A stretch of 64,000 nucleotides of DNA, taken from Camelus dromedarius. Lineage: Eukaryota. Within the stretch, counting starts at the first letter, position 1, and each line of letters begins with the position of its first letter. The stretch lies in contig NC_087437.1 of NCBI RefSeq assembly GCF_036321535.1, positions 83,330,001 to 83,394,000 on the forward strand, given 5' to 3'. The position numbers and the translations under genes are program-made. Positions 36,355 to 49,939 of this stretch are shown here, piece after piece. The notes beneath the pieces are model-generated. The model was not told the DNA's origin. It was given only the letters and a program-made list of their open reading frames with translations, and did no database searches.

Positions 36355-37275
36355 TTATGTTTTTAGCACTTTTCTCAGGGCACCTAAAACGTCCTTGTTC
36401 CTTAGGCTATAAATAAAAGGGTTTAGCAAGGGAATTATGACTGTGTAGAATAGTGAATACACTTTATCTTGGTATTGATCTGGGCCAGACCCAGGACGCA
36501 CATACATGAAGAAGAGAGTGCCATAGAACAAGGAAACAGAGAGCAGGTGGGCACTGCACGTAGAGAAGGCTTTGCTCCTGCCCTTTTTGGGCTTCTTTTT
36601 CAGGATGGCAAAAAGGACACCAGTATAAGAGACTATAATGGACATAAAAGTAAAAGCCTGTATACAAGTGGCAAAAATAAAAAGCACTAGTGCATTAATA
36701 GGTGGGTCAGTGCATGAAATTGTGAAAAGTGGCAAGATTTCACAGTAGAAATGATATATTATATTGGATCTGCAGAAGGTTAATCTAAATAACAATCCTA
36801 CATGAATCACAGGATGCAGAAAACCAATTACATATGACACACTCACCAGCCAAGTGCAGAGTCTGGTGGACATCACCACTGGATAAAGCAAGGGCTGGTG
36901 TATGGCCACATAGCGGTCATAGGCCATCACTACCAGGAGGAAACATTCTGTGGTTGCACTGGCACCAAAAAAATAGTATTGGGCCATACATTCAAAGAGG
37001 GATATCATTTGACTCTTGTCTAAGATGTTGACAAGCATCCTGGGGGTCACAGAGGATGAAGAAAAGGCATCTGCAAAGGCTAAACTGCCCAGGAATACGT
37101 ACATGGGGGTGTGAAGATGGGGGTCCTTCCAGATGAGAAAAATCAGCCCAAGGTTGCCCACCATGGTGGTGAGGTAGATGCTCAAGAACACCAGAAACAG
37201 GGGAACCTGCAGCCCTGGAAGATCTGTAAGTCCCGTGAGAACAAACTCAGTCACCAGCGTCTTGTTTGCCTCCAT
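36355..37275 (-). CDS. Olfactory receptor, OR5AC-like (OR3), intact 306 aa
   Basis: OR motifs [37 protein letters not shown]. The track start at 37278 is TTG; the ATG is at 37275. Acceptor ends at 37296. Confidence 0.94.
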   Translation of the reverse strand: MEANKTLVTEFVLTGLTDLPGLQVPLFLVFLSIYLTTMVGNLGLIFLIWKDPHLHTPMYVFLGSLAFADAFSSSSVTPRMLVNILDKSQMISLFECMAQYYFFGASATTECFLLVVMAYDRYVAIHQPLLYPVVMSTRLCTWLVSVSYVIGFLHPVIHVGLLFRLTFCRSNIIYHFYCEILPLFTISCTDPPINALVLFIFATCIQAFTFMSIIVSYTGVLFAILKKKPKKGRSKAFSTCSAHLLSVSLFYGTLFFMYVRPGSGPDQYQDKVYSLFYTVIIPLLNPFIYSLRNKDVLGALRKVLKT

Positions 37276-40200
37276 CAAATGTACTCAGGCTGTCACTGCA
37301 ATAGGAGAATGGAAATGAAAAAGTTAATCAAGATTCATGAAAACTTATCTTAGGTGTCAATGTCATATTTCTCTATTTCACATGTACTTTACTGGGCAAA
37401 TATGAAGATATAGGGTTTTGTCTTTTTAAAAACACACAGAAGAGTATTAAGTATATTATAAAGAATTTTGATGAGGAAGCATTTTTTAGATGCTTTTTAA
37501 AAATCTATATACATTTACTTAGAGGTTTCTGGAGGAGGCTCTAGACATAATTTGTCACTCATAAATACCTTAAAACTGAATGTGTTAACAGTGAAATGTA
37601 CAAAGTTAAGAATAAAAAATACATAATGCATTTTATTCTACAATCTCTAAAAAGTGAGACTCTCGTTCAGGTTCCAAAATGTTTTCACCATTTCTCAAGA
37701 ACTCTTTTGTAACTTTTCTACTGAACCAAAAAATGGGCTATATCTTTGTACTACTGATATGTGTTATTATTTCCTACTAAGACATTAATGGATAGAGTAA
37801 TAAGACAGTAAGTTAAAATTTCATTTTTGCTGTTTCCAGTCTCTTCTTACGTTGTTTGATTATATAGTCATCAAAATGTACCCCAAATTCCTAGTAGGCT
37901 CTTGGTTATACATTCTTCAAATGACACCTAAATTTCAAATAGACTCTTTAATTTTCTCAAGAAATTCTCATATGTGAACATAATCATTCATTCAGCCATC
38001 AAACATTTATTTAATGCCTCCTAAGGTATGGTACTGTCTGTCCTAGCTCAGTCACACATTAAAACCTAACTGTATTTCACCAGTGATGCTAAAATAACCC
38101 CTCCTGTAAGAAGAAAATAAAAATAGGCATTAGCCAGCTTATCTGCAGATTTGGGAAGAATCTAAGAGCTAAGACTCTCCGTATTAATGTAGACAATTAT
38201 CATGCAGTTAACCAAGAATGTTTTTAATATGTAAGAGGCACATAATTCTAAAACAATTATAAGGATTTCCCTTCCCTGCCCTTTTTGAGATTACAAGTGT
38301 GAGTATGAAAGCCAGGGTAGAAATATAACATTACAGAAGACAGCACAGTGGAAAGAATAGCCACTGTTTTGAATATCTGGATGCAATTTAAATAGTAAAA
38401 AATTAAATTTTGTATAAATCCAAATCAAATGAGGAGAGAAGATGAAGCACATTAGTAGGTAATGGCTAATATGAAGATAGGAAGGCAGAAAAGAGCCTCA
38501 ATCTAAAAATGTATCTGTTAGTTTGATAATCCTGGGAATCAAGTGGAAACCCGGGGAGGGTAGAGGGTAAACCTAAATCCACATCCTCAAAATGCGTTTT
38601 ATCAATGACAAATGATACATATTCAAAACATAAAATGTGTTTTGTGTATTCAAAGTGTTGCCTCAGTTATCTAAAGACGGGTCTAGCCGTTTAGAAACGG
38701 CTGCTCTAAGTTTGTAACTGTGCAAGGGAATACTTACAAGTCTTGGATTCATATCTCGCTGCCTTTCATGACATGTCCAGCCAAGTGAGAGACATTCCAA
38801 CACATATTTTTATTTCTATAACCTAGTCACCAATTCTGCACAATGTAGCTGAAGGTTTCACGGCCAAGTCTCTGCTGTGCTGAAATGTTTTCTCAAAGTG
38901 CTTGCTTTGTAATTCAGAAAAGAAAACCATGTAGAAAATTTGAGTAAGATAGGGTTTGTGATTTCAGTTCTGATAAGAATAATCTTTGAACAGTAAATAC
39001 TTTGAAGAATTGGGGTATTTTCTACAGAAAGTCATGGAGAGGGGTTTTTTTTTTTTCTTTCTTTTAAAAGGGAGGCTACATTAAAAGAAACAGTTCTGCA
39101 TCTTCATAGGGAATAGTATAAGAGAAAATTTGTTTGAGTTTTATGTTAGACTTTAAATAATACAAAAGAGGGGCTGGTAACATTAGCAGTGGTCACTGAG
39201 TAAGCACACTGCTGTCAAATCTCTGAAAGTACCAGATTATCTTCATTTTACCTTCTGTCTAGAATACAATAATGAGGTGTGGCTCTGGGCAGATGTGGGG
39301 AACTCCTTTCTGCTCATTTCCAGAGAAGTACAATCTAAAAAAGAACCAGGTTGAAGGCAAAGGCATTTACTGTTCTTAAAAGCCCCATAACTCTATGATT
39401 CTTCACTGTTAAGAAATCTTCCAAATTCTATGACAGTATAGTAAAGTCCAGAATGAATTCTACTTTTGAAGATACAAAGTAGTAAACAGATTTGTTCTAT
39501 AACTTATTATCCTGGCAAAGAAAATGTTCACAGAAATGTAACAAAATTTCTGAGTCAGTTCCACCTCTAAATTATTAAATGATTATGCCTAAACCACTTT
39601 ATGACCTTGTTTTAAGGTTCTCACTGGTAAAACACTGGATTTTCTAAGGAACATCTGCTCACAGTCTAAGACTATGACTCCTCTTTGCTATTTAGTATAT
39701 AGCAGAGTATAGCAATTAAGCTGTATATGTAAAAGCATTAATTCTGTATATGTAAAAGCATTAATTCAAATCTTCACTCTATAAATATATAGCTTGTATC
39801 CTTAAGGGTTCAGAGGTTTGAATATGTTTATTTAACTATTCAGTTTCAGATTGCTTTCTGCTCCAATTAGTAGATAAATCATCTGAAAAAAAAATTCAGA
39901 TATTTTGACAGCTCCTAAGAAACTCTTGGTATTAAAATGATATGTTCTATCACTTTTCATGGAAAGAATAATGACAATAAAATAAAGCACTGCATTCTCA
40001 CCCAGTTCCAATAAGAAGATGCAGAGATGCCATAAGATATAAAATGTCATGAAGAACTCATGCTATAAGAACAAAAATGTCCAAAACAATTATTCATCTC
40101 ATATTAATCTTCTTTAAGAATGCAGCTTGGAAGGAAAGATATTTATGTCCTCTCATCTTCATGTCTGTTTGTGAAGATAATATTGAAACTCCCTCAATGC

Positions 40201-40838
40201 CACTAAAAGATTCCCTGTAGAATAAAGTCATCTACTGGGCATACAGATCTATCAACAAATCACTCTGAAAAAATCCATTTGCACCTATTACTTTTATAAC
40301 TTGTTTCTTCTAAAAAATAGTTTCAATTTAATAGTAGAAAAAATAAAATGTAGAAAAGCATGATGAAAAATTGTTGTAATCTCACTAATCACAGAAAAAT
40401 ATGGTTAACTTTTGAAGTTTGTTTTCTTTGACCTTTTAACCCATGCATTTAGCTATACTGGTGTATATTTAGATACAAAAGTTATACACACAATTATATA
40501 TAAATAATTATAATACAGCCACACATATTTTACATTAATTATGTTATTTGAATAATTTATCATTTATATTCTCTTATGTTCTTAGTTTGAAAAACATGTA
40601 GATTGTCTCTTGGGCTACATCGTTTTTCCTAAAAAAACCCTGTAATTTTAAAGTTCTAGAATTGAAGCTAATTTGTCCAAATGTGTGCACGGCATTAAGA
40701 ATATTCTTATAACAAATCTTCAGTGGGCCCCCTGGGAAAATTGTACTGAGTTACACTATATATTTTGAAATAGCAAGTAATAAATTTCCCAATCTTTACT
40801 TACTTTTTGGTAGTGTAAAGACTGGGAAATTTAAAATA

Positions 40839-41050
40839 CAGCTGACTCTTGAACAACACAGGGTTGACTGGGTGGGGAAACTTACACTCAGATTTTTTTC
40901 AACAGCATATACTATGGTACTGCACAATCCCCTCCCCATTGGTTGAATCCATGGATGCAGAACCATGGTTACAAAGGAAACTTGGATATGGAGGAACGTA
41001 TATTCAGAGAGCCTACTACAAGTTGTACTGATTTTCAAATGAGCAGAGGG
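40839..41050. mobile_element. Tigger2-like DNA transposon fragment
   Basis: TA|CAGCTGACTCTTGAACAACACAGG terminus; GGTTGAATCCATGGATGCAGAACCATGG internal motif. Confidence 0.6.
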
Positions 41051-41053
<3 letters not shown>

Positions 41054-41100
<47 letters not shown>

Positions 41101-41112
41101 TACACACATACA
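41054..41112. repeat. (CA)n/(CATA)n microsatellite
   Basis: Visible tandem run. Confidence 0.9.
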
Positions 41113-41371
41113 TATATTCACATAATCATACTTATCTATATCTATTTTTATGATTAAACTTGGCAAGAAATATGCCTGACCTATATGTATTTGGCAAAAA
41201 TGTAAAACTACTGAAAGGTATAAACACTTGTTTAAGGTATGAAAATTCATACATTAAATAGAAAGAAATTTTAAATAGAAAGACTTCGATCCAGTAAAGG
41301 TGTTAATTTTCCCAAATTAATATATAAATTATATGCAATCACAAACAAAATCACTGAAAGATAGTTTTACC

Positions 41372-43479
41372 ACCAGCTTTGTTCTTTTTAAGATGGCTTT
41401 GGCTATTCAGGGTCTTTTGTGATTTCATATGTATGTTAGGATTGTTTGGTCTAGTTCTGTGAAAAATGTCCTAAGTATTTTGATTGAGATTGCATTAAAT
41501 CTGTAGGTTGCTTTGAGTAATATGGATATTTTAACAACATTAATTTGTCCAATCAAGAACGCAAGATATCTTTCCATTTCTTTGTATCATCTTCAGTTTC
41601 CTTCATCAGTGTCTTACAGTTTTCAGAGTATAGATTTTTCTGCTCCTTGGTTAAGTTTATTCCTAGGTATTTTATTCTTTTTGATGCAATTGAAAACAGG
41701 ACTTTTTTTGCTTTCAGTTTCTGATAGTTCATTATTAGTGTCTAAGAAAGCAACAGGTTTCTGTATAATAATCTTGTATCCTGCAAATTTACTGAATTCA
41801 TTTTTTAATTCTAATACTTTTTTGGTAGAGACTTCGATATAGAGTATCATGTCATCTGCAGATACTGACTTTTTACTCCTTTCCTTCCAGTTTGGATGTC
41901 TTTTATTTCTTTTTTTTTTTTTTTTTGTCTGATTGCTGTGGCTAGGACTTTCATTATTATGTCCAATAAAATGATGAATGTGTGCATCCTTGTCTTGTTC
42001 CTGTTTTTAGAGGAAAAACTTTCAGCTTTTTACCACTGAGTTTGATGTTAGCTGTGGATCTGTCATATATGGCCTTTATTATGTTGAGATATATTCCCTC
42101 TATACCAACTTTAGTGAGAGTTTTTAATCATGAATGGATGTTGAATTTTGTCAAATGCTTTTTCTGCATCTATTGAGATGACCACATGATTTTTGTCCTT
42201 CCTTTTGTTACTGTGTATCACCATCCTTATTTCCCTGGAATAAATCCCACTTGATCATGGTGTATAATCTTTTACATTGTTGAATTCCATTTGGTAATAT
42301 TTTATTGAGAATTTTCATATCTAATTCATCAGAGATATTGGCCTGTAATTATTTTGTAGTGTCTTTTTCTGGTTTTGCCATCAGGGTAATGATGGACTTG
42401 TAGAATGAATTTGGGAGTGGTCTTTCCTTTTCAGTTCTTTGGAACAGTTTGAGAGGGATAGGTATTAACTCTTCTTTATGTATTTAGTAGCATTCTCCTG
42501 TGGAGCTGTCCAGTCCAAGGCTTCTGTCCACTGGGAGTTTTTTGATTAGTAATTCAATTTCACTACTCGTGACTGGTCTTTTTAGATTGTCTATTTCTTT
42601 CTGATTCAGTCTTGGAAGATTGCATGTTTCTAGAAATGTATCCATTTCTTCTAGGTTGTCCAATTTGTTGGCATATAACTGTTTATAGTATTTTCTTATG
42701 ATTTTTTGTGTCTCTTTGATGTCAGTTGTAATTTCTCTCATTGTGAGCTGGTGTGCATGCTGGGGCAATCCCACCATACCAGTCAGAGCTCGAGACAGTT
42801 CCTCTCCACTACCTCTGTGAGTGCCAGCATGACAGCCCACTTCCATTCAGATGCAGTGCTGGAGTCAAGCTGGCTCCATCCCTGCCACATTCACATTCTC
42901 CTTGGCAATGGAAGGCTTTGCCCTAGTGTGGATCTGTGGCAGAGCTAGAGGGGCTGGGGTAGGTGCTTGGAGTGGGCTAGGGCATGCGCTTGGGAGGGCG
43001 GTCGAAACCTGGAGAATCCCAGGCAGTTTTAGTCGGTTTCCTCTGCCATTTCTGGGAGTATGTAAGTGTCTGCATGCTCTTCATGAGTAGAATCTAGGTT
43101 TTTTACAGCCCTCCTGTCAGTCCTACTGGTTTTCAAAGCAGCTAAGGGGACTCATCTTCCCAGTGTCAGACCCCAAGCTGGGGAACTCACTATATGCTTT
43201 GAACTGCTTACTCCCCGGGGAGGATCTACAAACCAATGTAATCCCCCTGCTCTTCTGTGACCCTTCCTAGTGGTGCAGGTCCTGACCTGATTGCTTCTCT
43301 TCCCTACCCATCCTTCTCCAGGGGATCTTTCTTTGCAGCCTTGGTCATATAAAAGTTTTTCTGCCAGTCTTCAGTTTGTTTTCTGTAATATTTGCTCCAC
43401 ATGTATATGTATTTTTGATGTGTTCATGGGGGTAGGTGAGATCAGTGTCCTCCTACTCCACCATCTTTATCTCCTCTCC
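41372..43479 (-). mobile_element. Internally deleted L1 (5'UTR fused to mid-ORF2; 3' end missing)
   Basis: 5' end GGAGAGGAGATAAAGATGGTGGAGTAGGAGGAC at about 43479; joins ORF2 ([32 protein letters not shown]) at about 42742. Confidence 0.85.
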
Positions 43480-44824
43480 AAAGAGAAACATTTAAATATT
43501 TTCATGAAAATCACAGATATCATAACATTTCACAACTAAACACTTTAAACTGCATCTTTAACAAACGAGAACATTTTCCTTCCTAACTACAGTACTATTT
43601 TGAAATCAGACAAAATTAATACTATTCTCCCAATACCATCTAATAATCCATCTATATTTACATTTCTCCAGTTCCCAAACTGTCTTCTGCAGCACTGCAT
43701 TGCATTTGTTTGTTATATCTGTTGATACAGAGCATTATCATTTCTTTCTGTTCCTTTTGTTCATTTTTGTTAATCTCAATGGTTTGGGGCTTTTTTTTTT
43801 TTTCCCAAATGGCTATGACGTCTGGAGTAATTGGGCCAGTTTTTCAATTGTCTTGTGGAGGGTTCCACATTCTGGATTTGTTTAATTGGCTTTGTTTGAC
43901 TTGTTTTCCTATTCCCTGTATTTTTCTGTTCCCAGAGGAAATTATATCCAAAGGCTTGATTAAGCATCTTTGGCAAGAATACATCATAGATGATATTATG
44001 AACTTCATATTGCACCACACCAGGGAGCAAAAGAAGTCTGTCTTACTATTACTGAGGCTTAGTATGATCCACTGATTAAGGAGGTAACAGCAAGATTTCT
44101 CCATGTTTGTTTTCCCTTACATCTAGCAAGTAATTAATGATATGATCCTTTAGTACCTTGTAAATGTCCAGATCTTCATCCATTTTTTAGCTAACTTTTT
44201 TTTGAGGGGGGGGGGTCCTTTGATGATCCCTTCCAGATTCAGATGTGTTATTTGGAGTTTTAATGGTTTTTAATTTTAATTTTTAAAATTTTATCTCTTT
44301 TCTACATCATTTAAGTGGCATATTTTCTAGTTGTGACTAGAAAAAAAGGAAAATGTGGCATAAGATCTGACATGTATCATACAGAAAGAAGCAGAAATTT
44401 CAAGCAAATGTCTAAACATTATTTTGACTTATTTGACCTTGTCAGAAGTTCAGATGCTTCTTCAAGTTCTCCAGAAGCCCACTTCCTTCTTAGATGCAGT
44501 CAAATTGTTAATGATTCAGGAAAGTCTTAATTGGTATAACTTAGCCATTCAGTCAGCAAATATATTTGAGTGTCTGTTACAGTGGACCCTGGTCTGGAAT
44601 CTTCTTTGAAAGGAAGGAGATGAGTCAATTAAAATGCAAATTGTTCCAAATTCTGTCTCATTCAGTGATTTCTGTTTCTTACATGTTGTAAGCAATTGGT
44701 TTTTCTATCTCTTAATGATCAAATTGTTTCTTATTAGAACACTTGTAGAACATTTAGGGCAATACCACTTTTTGAATGGATTTTACGTGTTTTTTTAGGT
44801 CTCCTATGGCTAATTCTTTTCATT

Positions 44825-45476
44825 TTTATTTTTAATTATTTCTTTTATTAAAGTATAGTTGCTATACAGTATTATATAAGTTTCAGGTGTACAATATAGT
44901 GATTCACAATTTTTAAGCCTGTATTTCATTTATAGTTATTATAAAATATTGGCTAGATTCTCCAGGTTATACATTATAGCTTTGTTGCTTATTTTATACC
45001 TAATAGTTTGTACCTCTTCTCCCCTACCCCAGTATTCCGCCTGCCCCTTTCCTCTGCTCACTGGTAAACACTAGTTTACACTCTATGTCTATTAGTCTGC
45101 TTTTTTTTTAAATTAATGATAATATTTGTATCATGCTTTAATTGCCAGCAGCAATTTTAGAGGACAATTGATATACCTATGTGCTTGGTTTTAATCATCT
45201 CACTTTTGTTTTTGTTTTTGTTTTTTTTAACACCTTTACTGTGGTATGATTCCTGTACAGTAAACTACAAATATTCCACATGTACAGCTTGATTCTAACT
45301 ATAACAAAAATTATATTCCCTGGTTTGTTGTATTTTTTGGATCCCACATATAATTGAAATCATACAGTATTTGTCTTTCTCTATCTGACTTGTTTCACTT
45401 ACCATAATATTCTCTAAGTCCATCCATGTTGCTGCAAATGGCAAAATTTTGTTCATTTTATGGCTGAGTAGTATTC

Positions 45477-45517
<41 letters not shown>

Positions 45518-45980
45518 AATTTTCTTTATCCATTCATCCGTTGATGGATACTGAGGTTGTTTCCATATCTAGACAGTTGTAAATAATGCTGCTATGAACA
45601 CTGAGGTGCATATATCTTTTTAAATTAGTGTTTTTGCTTTTCTAGGATATATACCCAGGAGTGGAATTGCTGGGTCATATGGCAGTTCTAGTTTTAGCTT
45701 TTTGAGAAGCCTCCATAGTGTTTCCCATAGCAGCTGAACCAATATACATTCCCATTAACAGTGTATGAAGATTCCCTTTTCTCCACATCCTTGCCAACAT
45801 TTATTATTTGTATTCATTTTGATGATAGCCATTCTGACCAATGTGAGGTAATATTGTGGTTTTGATTTGCATTTCCCTGATGATTAGTGATTTTGAGCAT
45901 CTTTTCATGTGCCTGCTGGCCATCTGCAATTCCCCTTTGGAAATATGTCTATTCCATTCTTCTGCCCATCTTTGAACCAG
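44825..45980 (-). mobile_element. L1 3' portion (ORF2 end plus 3'UTR), containing (TA)n at 45482-45514
   Basis: T-rich tail at the left end; typical antisense L1 3' sequence (GGAGTGGAATTGCTGGGTCATATGG). Confidence 0.85.
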
Positions 45981-45982
45981 GT

Positions 45983-48900
45983 TAAAAGTGCGAGGGTGGA
46001 AAAAGTTACTCCATGTGAATGGAAATTAGAAGAAAGCTGGAGTAGCAATACTTACATTAGACAAAATAGACTTTAAAATAAAGACTGTTACAAGAGACAA
46101 GGACACTACATAATGATCAAGGGATCAATCCAAGAAGAAAATATAACTTATTTGTAAGTATATATGCACCCAACATAGAAGCACCTAAATATATAAGGCA
46201 AATATTAATGGACATAAAAGGAGAAATTGACAGTAACACAGTATTAGTGGGTACTTTACCACCCCACTTACATCAATGGACAGATCTTCCAGACAAAAAG
46301 TCAATAAGGAAACACTGACCTAAACTGATGCGTTAGACTGAAGGGACTTAATTGCTGTATAGGGAGCATTCCATCCAAAGCAGCAGGATACACATTCTTT
46401 TCAAGATCACATGGAATATTCTCCAGCATAGATCACATGATAGGCTACAAAACAAGCCTTGGTAAATTTATGAAGATTGAAATCATATCAAGCATCTTTT
46501 CTGACCACAACACTATGAGACTAGAAATCAACTACAAGAAAAAAACTTCAAAAGACACAAACACATGGAGGCTAAACAAGCACTACAAAACAAAGAATAG
46601 ATCACTAATGAAATCAAAGAGGAGATCAAAAATTACCTAGAGACAAATGAAAACAAAAACACAACAATCCAATACCTATGAGACATAGCAAAAGCAGTTC
46701 TAAGAGGGAAGTTTATGGTGATACAAGCTTACCTCAGGAAACAAGCAAAATTTTAAACAACCTAACATTACTCCTAAAGAAACTAGAGAAAGAAAAACAA
46801 AACCCAAAGTTAGTAGAAGGAAAGAAATCGTAAGGATCAGAGCATAAATAAATGAAACAGAGACTTTAAAAATAATTTTAAGATCAGTGAAACTGGGGTG
46901 TTTTTTTGAAAAGATAAACAAAATTGATAAACTTTCAGCCAGACTCATCAAGAAAAGAAAGGAGACTGCCCAAATCAATAATTAGAAATGAAAAAGGTGA
47001 AGTTGCAACTGACACCACAGAAATACAAAGAATCACAAGAAACTACTGTGACAACTACAAGCCAATAAAATGGACAATCTAGAAGAAATGGACAAATTCT
47101 TAGACAAGTACAATCTTCCAGGACTAAACCAGAGTGAAATGTTGAAAATATGAGCAGATCAGTTAGCAGTAATGAAATTGTATCAGTAACTTAAAAACTC
47201 CCAACAAGCAATAGTCTAGGACCAGATGGCTTCCTAGGGGAATTCTACCAAACATTTAGAGAACAGTTAGCAATTGTCCTTCTGAAACTATTACAAAAAT
47301 TTGCAGAGGAAAGAACACTTCTGAATTCATTCTATGAGGCTACATTACCCTGACACCAAAATCAGACAAAGATATCACACAAAAAAAGACAATTACAGTC
47401 CAATATCACTACTTAACATAGATGCAAAATTCCTCAATGAAATACTAGCAAACCTGATCCAACATTAGAGTAAAAGGATCATACACTATGATCACATTAT
47501 CCCTAGGATACAAAAAATTTTCAGTATCTGTAAATCAATCACTGTAATACATCACATTAATTAATTAAAAAATAAAAGTCGTATGATCATCTCCATAGAT
47601 GCAGGAAAAGCTGCATAAAATTAAAAATCCATTTATGATAAAAACTCTCTAGAAACTGGGCAGAGAGAGAACATACCTCAACATAATAAAGGCTGAATAT
47701 AACAAACCCACAGCTAACATCATACTCAACGGTGAAAAGCTGAAAGCATTCCTTCTAAGATCAGGAACAAGACAAGGATGCCCACTCTTGGCACTTATAT
47801 TCAACACAGTTTTGGAAGTCCTAGCCACAGCAATAAGACAAGAAAGAGAAATAAAAGTAATGCAGATTGGAAAGGAAGAAGTAAAACTGTCACTGTTCAC
47901 AAATGACATGATACTAAACGGAGAATCCTGAAGATGGTACCAGAAAACTACTAGTGCTCATTAACAAATTTTGTAAAGTTATAGGATACAAAACTAATAA
48001 ACAAAAATCTGTTTCATTTCTATACACTAACAATAAAACTACCAGAAATAGAAATTAAGGGAATAGTATCATTTACCATTATATCAAAAAGAATAAAATA
48101 CCTAGGAATAAATCTACCTAAGGAAGCAAAAGATCTATATTCATAAAACTGTAAGATGCTAAAGAAAGAACTTGAAGACAACACAAACAGATGGAAAGAT
48201 ATACCATTTTCTTGGATTGGAAGAATTAATATTGTATATAATATTGTAATATAATAAATGACTGTACTGTCGAAGGCAATATACAGATTCAATCCAGTCC
48301 TTATCAAATTACCAATGACATTTTTCACAGAACTAGAACAAAAAAATTCAAATTTGTTTGGAAACACAGGAGACCCTAAATAGCCAAAATAATCTTGAGA
48401 AAGAAGAATGGAGCTGGAGGAATTATGTGCCCTGCCTTTGTGCTATACTACAAAGCTCCAGTAATCAAAATAGCATGATATTGGCACAAAAACAGACACA
48501 TAGATCAATGGAACAAGGTAGAAAGCCCAGAAATAAACCCACCACTTATGGTCAATTAATCTATGACAAAGGAGATAAGAATATACAATGGAGAAAAGAC
48601 AGTCTCTTCAATAAGTGGTGCTGGGAAAACTGGACAACTACATGTAAAAGAATGAAATTAGAACATTCCCTAACACCACATACAAAAATAAACTCAAAAT
48701 GGATTAAAGACTTTAATGTAAGACAAGATACTGTAAAACTCACAGAGGAAAACATAGGCAGAACACTCTTTGACATAAATCAAAGGAATATTTTTTTGGA
48801 TCTGTCTCCTAGAGTAAAGAAAATAAAAGCAAAAATAAACAAATGGGACCTAATTAAACTTAAAAGCTTTTGCACAGCAAACCGAACCATAAACAAAATG

Positions 48901-49434
48901 AAAAGACAACCTACAGAATGCGAGAAAATAGTGGCAAATGATGTGATCAACAATGGATTAAATTCCAAAATACACAAACAGCCTAATATAAAAAAAAAAA
49001 CCCAATCAAAAAATGAGTAGAAGGCCTAAATAGACATTTCTCCAAAGAAGGCATACAGATGGCCAAGAGACAGATGAAAATATGCTCAATATTGCTAATT
49101 ATTACAGAAATGCAAATCAAAACTACAATGAGGTGTCACCTCACGCCAGTCAGAATGGCCATCACCAAAAAGTCTACAAATTATAAATGCTGGAAATGGT
49201 GTGGAGAGAAGGGAACCCTCCTACACTGTTGGTGGGAATGTAAATTAGTGCAGCCACTATGGAGAATAGTTTGGAGATTTCTTAAAAAACTAAAAATAGA
49301 ATTACTTGATGATCCAGCAATCTCACTCCTGGTCATATATGGAAAAAACTATTCAAAAAGATACATGCACCCCAATGTTCATAGGAGCATTATTTACAAT
49401 AGTCAAGACATGGAAGCAACCTAAATGTCTATTG

Positions 49435-49521
<87 letters not shown>

Positions 49522-49935
49522 TAGATAGATAGATAATGGAATATTACCTGACCATAAAAAGGAATGAAATAATGCCATTTGCAGCAACATGGATGGACCT
49601 AGAGATTATCATACTGAATGAAGTAAGTCAGACAGAGAAAGACAAATATCATGATATCGCTTACATGTGGAACCTAAAAAAATGACACAAATGAACTTAT
49701 TACAAAACAGAAACAGACTCAACAGACATAGAAAACAAACTTATGGTTACCAAAGGGGAAAGTTGGGGAAGGAATAAAGTAGGAGTTTGGGATTAACAGG
49801 TACACATTACTATATATAAAATAGATAAACAAGGACCTACTGCATAGCATAGGGAACTATGTTCAATATCTTTAATAACCTATAGTGGAAATAAATCTGA
49901 ATATGTATATAACTGAATCACTTTGCTGTACACCA
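45983..49935 (+). mobile_element. L1 from the ORF2 endonuclease region through the 3'UTR, degenerate
   Basis: ORF2 peptides ([51 protein letters not shown]); frameshifted. Confidence 0.93.
49435..49534. repeat. Compound (GATA)n(GACA)n(GATA)n microsatellite within the L1
   Basis: Visible tandem run. Confidence 0.95.
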
Positions 49936-49939
49936 AATC

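Larger units (their letters stand above)
35008..44582. repeat. Tandem segmental duplication, copy B (contains OR3)
   Basis: Collinear with 15795-32270 once the LTR, ERV and L1 insertions are removed. Confidence 0.85.

Noticed and set aside
39721..39766. 23-bp tandem duplication (and a 19-bp one at about 34408-34445)
   Set aside because: Two-copy slippage duplications with no spacer structure or evident function
48358..49020. 220-aa ORF, the longest non-OR ORF
   Set aside because: Frameshifted L1 ORF2 fragment; the element is not intact
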